A stretch of DNA of 64,000 nt from the NCBI GenBank assembly GCA_038146865.1, contig JAYQSL010000007.1, forward strand, positions 492,638 through 556,637, read 5' to 3'. Below are positions 33,167 through 42,740 of this stretch, in pieces. The notes below the pieces were generated by a model. That model was not told where the DNA came from, searched no databases, and saw nothing but the letters and a program-made list of their open reading frames with translations. A program made the position numbers and the translations under genes. Each line of letters starts with the position of its first letter. Position 1 is the first letter of the stretch. Source of the DNA: Rhodospirillaceae bacterium. Its GTDB lineage: Bacteria > Pseudomonadota > Alphaproteobacteria > MPNO01 > UBA2964.

Positions 33167-34090
33167 GTGAGCGAACCGCAGCTCGATTTGGGGTATGCCA
33201 ACGCCAGATTTTCATATCTGGACGGGGGCGCTGTTTCAGATTACTTGGCGCTTCTCAAGCCTCGAGTGATGTCTTTGGTTGTGTTTACGGGCTTTGTCGG
33301 TCTGTATCTGGCTCCTGGGGAAATACATCCATTTTTGGCTTTTATTGCTGTCCTATGTATTGCTGTAGCCGCTGGCGCGTCTGGGGCCATCAACATGTGG
33401 TACGATAGAGATATCGATGCAATTATGGAGCGCACGTGTGATCGCCCTATCCCTGCAGGGAGGCTGCAACCAGGGGTGGCGTTGGCTTTTGGTAATACCC
33501 TGGCTATCGGGTCTGTTGCCGTCATGGGGTTGTGCATTAATTGGCACGCTGCTGTCTTACTTGCTTTCACGGTTTTCTTTTATGTTTTTATCTACACTAT
33601 TTGGCTTAAACGCCGGACACCACAGAACATAGTTATTGGAGGGGCCGCAGGGGCATTCCCGCCGATGGTAGGATGGTCAGCGGTCACGGGTGAAGTGTCG
33701 ATAGATTCTCTAGTTTTGTTTGCAATAATATTTATTTGGACCCCGCCTCATTTCTGGTCTCTTTCCCTTTATCGTAGTGGCGAATATGAAAAGGCAGGGG
33801 TACCTATGCTTCCAGTTGTATCTGGAGCGCAAGAAACCCGCAGGCAGATACTTATCTACACGTTGGTTTTGGCACCTCTGGGTGTTATGCCGGCCTTCTT
33901 GGGTACCACTAGTTGGGCTTATGGATTTGTAGCTGGGTTTATGGGATTGATCTTCATTTGGCTTTCAGTCCAGATTTCACGACAAAAAACAGATCATGCC
34001 GCCAGAAAGACTTTCAACTTTTCATTATTTTATCTCTCTGTTCTTTTCGCTGCGATGATTGCGGATCGGGCAATTGGGTTTGGTAATTGA
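33167..34090 (+). CDS. ctaB: Protohaem IX farnesyltransferase (haem O synthase)
   Basis: UbiA-superfamily CtaB/CyoE located inside the cox cluster. Confidence 0.9.
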   Translation: MSEPQLDLGYANARFSYLDGGAVSDYLALLKPRVMSLVVFTGFVGLYLAPGEIHPFLAFIAVLCIAVAAGASGAINMWYDRDIDAIMERTCDRPIPAGRLQPGVALAFGNTLAIGSVAVMGLCINWHAAVLLAFTVFFYVFIYTIWLKRRTPQNIVIGGAAGAFPPMVGWSAVTGEVSIDSLVLFAIIFIWTPPHFWSLSLYRSGEYEKAGVPMLPVVSGAQETRRQILIYTLVLAPLGVMPAFLGTTSWAYGFVAGFMGLIFIWLSVQISRQKTDHAARKTFNFSLFYLSVLFAAMIADRAIGFGN

Positions 34091-34101
34091 GGGGTGCAGG
34101 A

Positions 34102-34227
34102 ATGAAATTAACAGATGAACAAAGTCGTCGGCGCCGCAGCAGAAATATTGCGATCCTGGCCCTCTTAATAGGACTGGTATGTCTTTTTTATGCCATCACT
34201 ATCATAAAAATTTCAGGCGCATCTTGA
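34102..34227 (+). CDS. Small single-TM protein (41 aa) in the cox cluster
   Basis: ATG at 34102 reads MKLTDEQSRRRRSRNIAILALLIGLVCLFYAITIIKISGAS. It fills the ctaB-ctaG gap exactly, with its stop abutting the ctaG start. Confidence 0.4.
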   Translation: MKLTDEQSRRRRSRNIAILALLIGLVCLFYAITIIKISGAS

Positions 34228-34228
34228 G

Positions 34229-34831
34229 ATGAAATTCGCAAACCCAAAATGCCGCACCGTTTTGGGGCTCTTGCTCATCGTCGGTGTGATGACAGGCCTT
34301 ACAAGTTATTCCTCAACCTTGTATAAAATGTTTTGTGATTTTACAGGTTACGGTGGCACTACGCAGCGAGCAGAGGTGCCCTCTGATACGATTCTAGATA
34401 GGGTGATCAGAGTGCGATTTAATGCAGACGTGAATTCGGCATTGGATTGGGAATTTCGACCGGTTCAAAAAGAAACGAAAATCCGAGTTGGCGAAAGAGC
34501 GCTGGCTTTCTATTTTGCTCGTTCGACTTCTGAAAAACCTATTACAGGCACTGCGACCTTCAATGTAACCCCGGCTAAAGCTGGCAAATACTTTGTCAAA
34601 ACTGAATGTTTTTGTTTTACCGAGCAAACCTTGGAGGCAGGTGAGACAATAGACATGCCGGTTCAATTTTATATTGATCCAGAGATAGCCCAAGATAAAA
34701 ATCTGGATGAAGTCGATACTATAACCCTTTCATACACGTTTTTCCGCTCTGCAAAGGCTGGTGAAGATGAGAAAAATGAAACGATTTCCGCCCGCATCAC
34801 TGGTACTTCCTTACGCAATAAAATAAACTAA
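34229..34831 (+). CDS. ctaG: Cytochrome c oxidase assembly protein CtaG/Cox11
   Basis: N-terminal transmembrane segment followed by a Cox11 domain with CFCF. Confidence 0.9.
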   Translation: MKFANPKCRTVLGLLLIVGVMTGLTSYSSTLYKMFCDFTGYGGTTQRAEVPSDTILDRVIRVRFNADVNSALDWEFRPVQKETKIRVGERALAFYFARSTSEKPITGTATFNVTPAKAGKYFVKTECFCFTEQTLEAGETIDMPVQFYIDPEIAQDKNLDEVDTITLSYTFFRSAKAGEDEKNETISARITGTSLRNKIN

Positions 34832-34859
34832 CCGCAGTATTCAAAACAGGGACATAGAC

Positions 34860-35720
34860 ATGGTTGCACCCGCTGACAGTTCAAATATTCACGCTGCTGA
34901 ACATAAACATCCTTGGCATTTGGTTGATCCAAGCGCATGGCCAATTTTGGGCGCCTTCTCAGGTGGAGTTCTTGCCGTCGGAGCGGTGATCTACATGCAT
35001 GGGGGTGGCGGCTGGTTATTGGTCTTAGGTCTTCTCGCAGTATTGGGCGTTATGGCCGGCTGGTTTGCAGATGTTATAAAAGAGGCCACGCATCAAGGGT
35101 ATCATACCCGGCCTGTCCAAATCAGTATGCGTTATGGAATGGTCCTTTTTATAGCATCAGAGGTAATGTTTTTTGTCGCTTGGTTTTGGGCTTATTTTAA
35201 TGCAGCTTTTTTTCCTCCGGAGCAGATAAAAGGGGTCTGGCCACCACCAGGGATTGAGACCTTTAACCCCTGGGAACTTCCGTTTCTGAACACACTCATT
35301 TTATTAACATCCGGGGTCACAATTACATGGGCGCATCACGCGTTACTTGAAGGAAATAAAAAGCACCTGCTTCAGGGGCTCGGTTTGACAATCTTTTTAG
35401 GTCTTGTATTCACTGGAGTCCAAGCCTACGAATACAGTCATGCAGCTTTTAGTTTTGCCTTCGAGGAAGGTGCTGCGGGTAAAGGCGGGATATATCCGAC
35501 AACCTTTTATATGGCCACCGGTTTTCATGGTTTCCATGTCATTGTCGGTACCACATTTCTGATTGTATGTTATTTCCGGGCAAAGAAAGATCACTTTAAG
35601 ACTGATCACCATTTTGGTTTTGAGGCTGCTGCTTGGTATTGGCACTTTGTTGATGTTGTTTGGCTTTTCCTTTTTGTAGCGATTTACTGGTGGGGCGCAG
35701 GGGCGCCAGGGGCTAAGTAA
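34860..35720 (+). CDS. ctaE: Cytochrome c oxidase subunit III
   Basis: 7-TM COX3 sequence. Confidence 0.9.
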   Translation: MVAPADSSNIHAAEHKHPWHLVDPSAWPILGAFSGGVLAVGAVIYMHGGGGWLLVLGLLAVLGVMAGWFADVIKEATHQGYHTRPVQISMRYGMVLFIASEVMFFVAWFWAYFNAAFFPPEQIKGVWPPPGIETFNPWELPFLNTLILLTSGVTITWAHHALLEGNKKHLLQGLGLTIFLGLVFTGVQAYEYSHAAFSFAFEEGAAGKGGIYPTTFYMATGFHGFHVIVGTTFLIVCYFRAKKDHFKTDHHFGFEAAAWYWHFVDVVWLFLFVAIYWWGAGAPGAK

Positions 35721-35886
35721 ACTTCGCAAGGTATTCCCTTTAGCCAAATTGGTCTGCGGCACTGTGAATGGTCATATTGCCAGAGAGAGTAAGCCAATAT
35801 GCAAATTCGTATGACTGCCTCCTCAAAGTTTGGCTAAATCAAACGTCACCAGAGCTATCTTGGGCTGTTAAGACCTGCAAGTCGGT

Positions 35887-36548
35887 ATGAGAGTAAGCAA
35901 ACGTTCTAGCTTTGCAATTGGGACTGCGATCGCTGTTTTAGCATGTGTTGCGTTGGGGAACTGGCAATTAGAACGCCTTAAATGGAAAAAAGATCTTATT
36001 GCTGGGATTGTTGCGGGGTTTAGCGCAATCCCGGTTGAACCTAATGCGTCACTTCCAGAATGGCGTCGCGTCAGTATATCCGGAGTATGGCTAAATAAGG
36101 CCCCTTTTTTTGTTGGACCAGTTTCCAAGAGGGGCCGTGCTGGTTGGTATGTGGTTTCACCCCTCCGTTCTAGTGACGGCAGTATTTTATTTGTTAATCG
36201 GGGTTTTCCGAGAAAAAAGCCCGGGATTTAAAGTCAGCGGGGAGAGTTAGCAACATTTTGGGTATTATAAGAAAACCAAAGCGAGCAGGCGTTTTTGCTC
36301 CCGATAATAATCCGATCTCGGGAAATTGGTTTCGAGTTGCTCCTCTGGAATTTGCCCGAGCCCGGGACTTGAAGGGGGTTTTGCCTTTTTGGGTGGATGC
36401 GCTTGAGGTTCCAGCGGGTTCACCCTTGATCGCGAACGTCACGCCCCAATTACCGCCAAACAATCATCTTGAATATGCGGTTACTTGGTATGCGTTCGCA
36501 TTTACCGCAGCACTGATTGCTTTATTATTTTGGATAAAAAATAAGTGA
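35887..36548 (+). pseudogene. surf1: SURF1 cytochrome oxidase assembly factor, split by a frameshift at an A6 run (36213-36218)
   Basis: Two adjacent ORFs in different frames (35887-36231 and 36258-36548) together reconstitute a SURF1-length protein. The C-terminus has NHLEYAVTWYAFA. Adding one A at the run fuses the two frames. Confidence 0.7.
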
Positions 36549-36549
36549 G

Positions 36550-37734
36550 TTATTTCCGTAAGAGGAATTCTCTTCCAACTTTCACCCTAGCGTCTCCATC
36601 ATATTCAACAATGTCAGCTGTGGCATAGGTTTCTGGCCAATTCTGAGGAAGGTAACTACCGGTCCCGATGACATCAATCGGGGCTTTAGCAGCAGCGAAA
36701 AGGCGACATTTGGAGGGGTTGAACCCGCTTGAACCGACGATCCTGACATTTTGGTAGCCTTCCGCATCCAGAGCGTCCCGTAGATGCCAAATTGAAGCGG
36801 CGGATACCCCTGGTCCTACAAGGTAGGCGAGTTCACTCTCTACACGATAGCTCCTGACAACATCGGGTACATGTTTTTCTAGAACAGCATATGAAACCGT
36901 AGGGTCTAAGCGTTCTACGTATCTACTGCCGGGTGTGTCCATCCGAAATGATAAAGTCCCAGCTTTTACCCTTTCGGGAAAGCGCTTGGCGACGCTCAAC
37001 GAGTCAGTTATTTCTTGGGCAAAGTAATCTACTAGCACCGTCATGGGAGCCTCTGGAAAGGACTGGTCAAACATTTCTGCCGCTCGAAGCGTGCTTCCCG
37101 CATAACCAATTAGGGCATGAGGCATTGTCCCGAGACCCTGTGGTTGTTCAAAATAGTGTGCCGTTGCATCAGTCGCGTTTCCGATGAACCCTATCGAACC
37201 GCATTTCTTTTTTGCCGCCAAAGACCCAACTGATGCGGCATAAGCCATAATTTCTGACATTCCTGTGCCGGCACAATGACGGGAATCCATGGCGAGGAAA
37301 GCGGTTTTAGGAAGGTCAGAGCACATTGAAAACGCGTTATATGCTGCGACACATGCAGGTCCAAGCTTTTGAAGCAAAAGGGTTTCAAGGTCAACAAGTT
37401 CTGAGAATAGCCCCGAGATATAGATAATAGGTTCTCCTGCGCCCACCCATGTCCCTTCAGGATATCTTATATCTTTAACAATCTTAATGTTCCGGCGGAG
37501 AGCGATGGACTCTAACCATTCAACCGCGAGCATTGGGGCGGAAATTACAGGACGCCGCATAAATACTGCGTAGGTTACTTGGGCGTCACCAAAATTTTTG
37601 ACAATTTCTTTGGTCAATACGAAGTATTTATCAGTCCAATCGGCAATTTCGTTATCTTTCGCCGGCCAATTACTCTCTGAGCGACCAGATTCATCAACAT
37701 TTAAAATTTCTTCGTGACGGCTCGGAGGCGTCAT
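36550..37734 (-). CDS. Nicotinate/nicotinamide phosphoribosyltransferase-family protein
   Basis: 394 aa that resembles the NAPRTase family overall. Family-level call only. Confidence 0.5.
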   Translation of the reverse strand: MTPPSRHEEILNVDESGRSESNWPAKDNEIADWTDKYFVLTKEIVKNFGDAQVTYAVFMRRPVISAPMLAVEWLESIALRRNIKIVKDIRYPEGTWVGAGEPIIYISGLFSELVDLETLLLQKLGPACVAAYNAFSMCSDLPKTAFLAMDSRHCAGTGMSEIMAYAASVGSLAAKKKCGSIGFIGNATDATAHYFEQPQGLGTMPHALIGYAGSTLRAAEMFDQSFPEAPMTVLVDYFAQEITDSLSVAKRFPERVKAGTLSFRMDTPGSRYVERLDPTVSYAVLEKHVPDVVRSYRVESELAYLVGPGVSAASIWHLRDALDAEGYQNVRIVGSSGFNPSKCRLFAAAKAPIDVIGTGSYLPQNWPETYATADIVEYDGDARVKVGREFLLRK

Positions 37735-37838
37735 AGTCCAGGCTCGATTATTAATCTCATTTACTACAGCTCATTGAAACATAAAGTTGTGTTCCTAGGA
37801 TAGTGTGGTTACAAGCATTTTCCAGAAGAGGGACAATA

Positions 37839-39332
37839 ATGACAAAAGCGGCTTACCAAGTTTTGGAACAACGTTATCGTAGAATCGGCGCTATAAAAGA
37901 GGCTCAAGCAATTCTTCACTGGGACATGGCGGTTATGATGCCATCAGGCTCCGCAGAAGGCAGAGCCACTCAACTCGCCGAACTGAGTCTGGTAATTCAC
38001 GAGATCTTGAAAGATCCAGAGATCGAGGATTTATTGACTATTGCAGAGAGCAAACCGCCAAGTTCTCGAGCTCAAAGGGCGAATTTGGTCGAAATGCGGA
38101 GAATGCAAATTCACGCCAACGCCATTGAGGCAGACCTAGTAGTAGCCTTAACGGAGGCCTCTTCTAAATGCGAAATGCAATGGAGGCACGCTAGGCCCGC
38201 AGGTGACCTTAAATTAGTTTCTAAAGAACTCGAGAATTTACTGTCTCTAGTTCGGAAAAAGGCCGAAGGGAAGGCGGAAATTCTAGGATGTCGACCATAT
38301 GAGGCTTTAATGGATGAGTACGAGCCAGGGGTGACTATACAAGAAATTGATACGCTTTTTAATGATCTTTTGACCTTTCTTCCAGAGCTTTTGGATAAGA
38401 TCCTTACCAAGCAAAAAGGTACTGGTGTACTTGTTGGACCTTCAGGAAGATTCCCGATCGAACGGCAAACGGAATTAGCGAAGGCCTTAATGAAGCAGTT
38501 AGGTTTTAATTTTGAGTTTGGGCGGTTAGATGTGAGTTTGCATCCCTTCTGCGGAGGTGTGCCTGAAGATATTCGGATAACGACCCGATATTCAGAAGAG
38601 AGTTTTGTAGAGAGTTTAATGGGAGTTTTGCACGAAACCGGACACGCGCTGTACGAACGAAATTTGCCGAGAGAATGGCGACTTCAACCCGCGGGGCAAG
38701 CGAGAGGGATGGCCCTTCATGAAAGCCAGTCGTTATTGGTTGAAATGCAGTTATGTCGCAGTGCCGAATTTTTAGAATTTATCTCGCCGTTAATTAAGAC
38801 GGCCTTTGATAGCCAGGCCAAACAATTAAACACCGAAAGCCTAATAGCGTATTACGGGAAGGTTGAACCGGGTTTTATCAGAGTTGACGCCGATGAGGTA
38901 ACATACCCTTTTCATGTCGTACTTCGCTACAATATCGAAAAATCGTTGGTGTCCGGAGATCTATCGGTATCAGATTTGCCGGACGCATGGAATGATGGCA
39001 TGCGAAATCTTTTGGGTATAGTACCACCGGATGATCAAAAGGGATGTCTGCAAGATATTCATTGGTTCTCCGGTTCATTTGGTTACTTCCCCACATATAC
39101 TATGGGCGCTGTTGCAGCTGCTCAAATGTATGCCGCCATTCAGCGTGAGTACCCAGACATTAGCGAGGGTGTAAGGGCGGGTGACTTTTCAAAAATCACT
39201 GAATGGTGCTGTCAAAAAATTCACCAGCAAGGTTCTTTGGAGTCAACGAGCAATATTCTTATCTCTGCGACTGGTGAGACCCTCAATGCTCGGGCTTTTA
39301 GGAGGCACATAGAAGCACGTTATCTGACTTGA
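37839..39332 (+). CDS. Carboxypeptidase Taq (M32) metallopeptidase
   Basis: HETGHALYE zinc motif and M32-family length. The start is taken at MTKAAYQ; the ORF track starts at 37803. Confidence 0.8.
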   Translation: MTKAAYQVLEQRYRRIGAIKEAQAILHWDMAVMMPSGSAEGRATQLAELSLVIHEILKDPEIEDLLTIAESKPPSSRAQRANLVEMRRMQIHANAIEADLVVALTEASSKCEMQWRHARPAGDLKLVSKELENLLSLVRKKAEGKAEILGCRPYEALMDEYEPGVTIQEIDTLFNDLLTFLPELLDKILTKQKGTGVLVGPSGRFPIERQTELAKALMKQLGFNFEFGRLDVSLHPFCGGVPEDIRITTRYSEESFVESLMGVLHETGHALYERNLPREWRLQPAGQARGMALHESQSLLVEMQLCRSAEFLEFISPLIKTAFDSQAKQLNTESLIAYYGKVEPGFIRVDADEVTYPFHVVLRYNIEKSLVSGDLSVSDLPDAWNDGMRNLLGIVPPDDQKGCLQDIHWFSGSFGYFPTYTMGAVAAAQMYAAIQREYPDISEGVRAGDFSKITEWCCQKIHQQGSLESTSNILISATGETLNARAFRRHIEARYLT

Positions 39333-39392
39333 CGATTTATGCATCGTGTTTAATCTCCGCCCCCTTGTAGGAAGAAATTCGGAGTTCAACGG

Positions 39393-40805
39393 TTGGAATA
39401 CATTAGTACGAGGGGAAACGCACCTGTCCTGAACTTTGAAGAGGTGATGCTGGCAGGCCTTGCAGATGATGGTGGACTTTATGTCCCGCGAGAATGGCCC
39501 AAATTTTCAATCGATGAAATTTTATCCCTGCAGGGATTATCTTATCCAGAGATTGCAGAATACGTGATCAGTCCTTTCGTAGGTAATGAGATAGATATTT
39601 CGACTCAGAGAGAACTGATTAGATTGGCTTATCAAGATTTTGGACACTCCTCGGTTGCGCCTTTAAGACGACTAGACAAGAACCTATCGATTCTAGAACT
39701 GTTCCACGGGCCGACTTTAGCTTTCAAAGATTTCGCTCTTCAATTACTGGGATATCTTTTTGATGAGGTTCTTCGAAAGAGAGGGGAACGTGTAACAATT
39801 GTTGGAGCCACGTCTGGAGATACTGGATCAGCGGCTATAGAGGCCTGTAAAAATAGAGATTCTATAGACATTTTTATCTTGCACCCCGATCAGAGAACTT
39901 CAGAAATTCAGCGTCGCCAAATGACTACGGTAACCGCTAAAAATGTTCACAACATTGCAATTCAAGGAACCTTTGATGATTGCCAAGATCTCGTAAAAGC
40001 TATGTTTCGGGATAGGGAATTTCGGGAGACTATGAATTTGTCGGCCGTGAACTCTATAAATTGGGCTAGAATCATGGCTCAAATTGTCTACTACTTTTCC
40101 AGCGCGGTGGCTCTTGGCATTCCAGAAAAGAAGGTTGCTTATTCAGTTCCAACGGGAAATTTTGGAGATATTTTTGCAGGTTATGCGGCAAAAAAAATGG
40201 GTCTTCCGATCGAAAAACTAATCGTGGGTACCAATTCAAACGATATCCTTAAACGATTTTTTGACTCCGGTGATATGTCTTCCCGTGCGGTAGTTCCGAC
40301 CTTAAGCCCGGCCATGGATATCCAAGTGTCAAGTAATTTTGAGAGATTGCTTTTTGATTTGGCAGGTAATGACCCCGATGTGGTAAACACGGCGATGGAA
40401 ACGTTTCGTGACTTGGGGCAGATGAAATATCCGCCCGAGATTTTATCTCTTGGCCGAGAAACTTTTTATGCGTCTAGCATTGGTGACGAGGAGATCCTTC
40501 GTGTGATCAAAAATATTTGGGAAGATTTTGATATTTTGATCGACCCTCACACAGCAACTGCTATCAGCGCTGGGAAGAAAGCTTCTTTAGAGAGTGAAGT
40601 TGAGATGGTGGTTCTGGCGACGGCGCACCCAGCGAAGTTTCCGGATGCAGTAATTAAAGCGACCGGTAAAAAACCGGAGTTGCCTCAAAGGCTAAATCAT
40701 ATTTTGTCTGCTCCTGAGTTTTACACAAAGCTACCCAATGACCTTAAATTGGTTATGGATCATATACGGGAGCCTGCCGTCCAAAAGGATAAAAATGTCA
40801 GTTAG
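39393..40805 (+). CDS. thrC: Threonine synthase
   Basis: PLP-lysine motif PTLAFKDFALQ and long-form ThrC architecture. Confidence 0.9.
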   Translation: MEYISTRGNAPVLNFEEVMLAGLADDGGLYVPREWPKFSIDEILSLQGLSYPEIAEYVISPFVGNEIDISTQRELIRLAYQDFGHSSVAPLRRLDKNLSILELFHGPTLAFKDFALQLLGYLFDEVLRKRGERVTIVGATSGDTGSAAIEACKNRDSIDIFILHPDQRTSEIQRRQMTTVTAKNVHNIAIQGTFDDCQDLVKAMFRDREFRETMNLSAVNSINWARIMAQIVYYFSSAVALGIPEKKVAYSVPTGNFGDIFAGYAAKKMGLPIEKLIVGTNSNDILKRFFDSGDMSSRAVVPTLSPAMDIQVSSNFERLLFDLAGNDPDVVNTAMETFRDLGQMKYPPEILSLGRETFYASSIGDEEILRVIKNIWEDFDILIDPHTATAISAGKKASLESEVEMVVLATAHPAKFPDAVIKATGKKPELPQRLNHILSAPEFYTKLPNDLKLVMDHIREPAVQKDKNVS

Positions 40806-42021
40806 AAAAACTGTCCTTAATAATGGGCTAGAAATTGTGACCGATGAGTTGGAAACGGTTGAAACCGTTTCTCTCGGTGTTTGGGTAAAGGTTGGATCGA
40901 GATACGAGCCAAAATCTCTGAGCGGTGTCTCCCATTTTCTCGAACACATGGCCTTTAAGGGAACGGGTCGACGAAGTGCTCGAGAGATTGCTGAGGAGAT
41001 AGAGGCAGTGGGAGGGCAGTTAAATGCGTATACTTCAAGCGAAGTTACGGCCTACCATGCTACCGTAATGAAAGAGGATATTGGGCTCGGTGTGGATATT
41101 CTCGGGGACATCCTTCAACATTCAGCCTTTGAGGTCGAGGAGTTAGAGCGTGAACGAGCGGTAATACTTCAGGAAATAGCTCATGCTCAGGACTCCCCGG
41201 AAGACCTTGTATTCGAACTTTTTCAAGAGCTTGCATATCCTGATCATTCCCTAGGCCGTCCAATTACAGGTTCACCTGAGGTTGTTAAGGCCCTCGATCG
41301 CTCAAAAATTTTTGATTATATGAAACAAAATTACGGGTCGAGTAATATAGTAATTGCCGCCGCAGGGAATATTGAACACGAGAAATTTTGTGACCTTATA
41401 GAAAATGCATTTGGTGAGTTAGGTAAAGGTAATTCACTTAAACCGGAAAAACCATCATATGCAGGCGGAGAGCGTTGTATCCGAAAAGATTTTGAACAGG
41501 TGCATCTTATTATTGGCTATCCTGGGCCTAGTGCAGTTGATTCTTTGCGTCTGGAGGCTGGGATTGGATCAATGGTCCTCGGGGGAGGAATGTCCTCAAG
41601 ATTGTTCCAAGTGATCCGTGAAAAAATGGGTCTCGCTTATTCAGTCTATAGTTTTATCTCTTCTTATCAGGACACAGGGTTGATGGGTTTTTATGCTGCA
41701 ACCAGTCCCGACCAATCCGAAAAATTACTTGAGTTTATGCAATATGAAATCGGAAATATTCTAAAAGGCATAACAACGGAAGAGTTGAAACGTGCTAAAG
41801 CGTTATTGAGATCGGGGGTTGTAATGTCACTTGAGAGCACTTCCGCGAGAGCAGAGAGGGCTGCGCGCGACCTCGTAATTTACGGGAAGATTTTGCCGAT
41901 TTCGGATCTAATAGAGCAGATTGATAATGTCTCGATCGATGGGGTAATGGAGGCTATGAATAATTACCTCAGTTCTAGTGTTATCTTATCTCAAGTTGGT
42001 CCAGCCCCGCATAACGCGTAA
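40795..42021 (+). CDS. M16 family zinc peptidase (mitochondrial processing peptidase-like)
   Basis: Inverted zinc motif HFLEHMAFKGT. The start at MSVRKTVLNNG overlaps the thrC stop by 11 nt. Confidence 0.8.
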   Translation: MSVRKTVLNNGLEIVTDELETVETVSLGVWVKVGSRYEPKSLSGVSHFLEHMAFKGTGRRSAREIAEEIEAVGGQLNAYTSSEVTAYHATVMKEDIGLGVDILGDILQHSAFEVEELERERAVILQEIAHAQDSPEDLVFELFQELAYPDHSLGRPITGSPEVVKALDRSKIFDYMKQNYGSSNIVIAAAGNIEHEKFCDLIENAFGELGKGNSLKPEKPSYAGGERCIRKDFEQVHLIIGYPGPSAVDSLRLEAGIGSMVLGGGMSSRLFQVIREKMGLAYSVYSFISSYQDTGLMGFYAATSPDQSEKLLEFMQYEIGNILKGITTEELKRAKALLRSGVVMSLESTSARAERAARDLVIYGKILPISDLIEQIDNVSIDGVMEAMNNYLSSSVILSQVGPAPHNA

Positions 42022-42041
42022 TCCCAGTGGATGTAACACGG

Positions 42042-42626
42042 TCAGGCGTGACCAGCATGACTTGAAAGCATGGTCACATCGATACCAATAGTGTTAAGTG
42101 CGGTATTCCACTTGTTTTCTATTTTTGAACCAAAGAGTATATCTGTGTCTGCAGGTGCTATTAGCCAACCGTTTGCCTGAATCTCAGAGTCGAGTTGTCC
42201 CGGGGCCCATCCTGCATATCCCAGTGCTAGGAGATAGTTTCTAGGACCGTTTCCTTTAGAAATTGCACTTAAGATGTCAACTGTAGCTGTCAGTGCAACG
42301 CCGTTCTCGATGAGAAGTGATGCGTCTTGGGTGAAATCATCTGAATGAAGCACAAATCCGCGCCCTGTTTCGACCGGCCCTCCGAAATGGACCCGCGTTT
42401 TATCACTGACTGTGGCCACAGGTAAGTTTAGCTGTTCAAGCAAATCTGAAAAATTGATGGCTTCCGCTAACTTGTTAAGAATTAGTCCCATGGCCCCGTC
42501 GTCCGTATGGGCGCAGATATACACTACCGATCTTGCAAATCTCTGATCTTCCATTTGTGGCATTGCTACAAGCAACTGTCCGGTAAGATATTCAGTTTGA
42601 TCTTTGTTTCCCGTATTATCTGGCAT
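42042..42626 (-). CDS. yqgE: YqgE/AlgH family protein (UPF0301)
   Basis: The length and sequence pattern are characteristic of the family. Confidence 0.8.
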   Translation of the reverse strand: MPDNTGNKDQTEYLTGQLLVAMPQMEDQRFARSVVYICAHTDDGAMGLILNKLAEAINFSDLLEQLNLPVATVSDKTRVHFGGPVETGRGFVLHSDDFTQDASLLIENGVALTATVDILSAISKGNGPRNYLLALGYAGWAPGQLDSEIQANGWLIAPADTDILFGSKIENKWNTALNTIGIDVTMLSSHAGHA

Positions 42627-42740
42627 GCTAAGACTATTCGACTTTTTGAGGTTTTAGACCATATGTTTTTTAGTTTAACTGATATTTTACCAGCGAGTTG
42701 ATGGATACCAACCCTTCCCAGCAAAAGAATCAAGCGCTTT

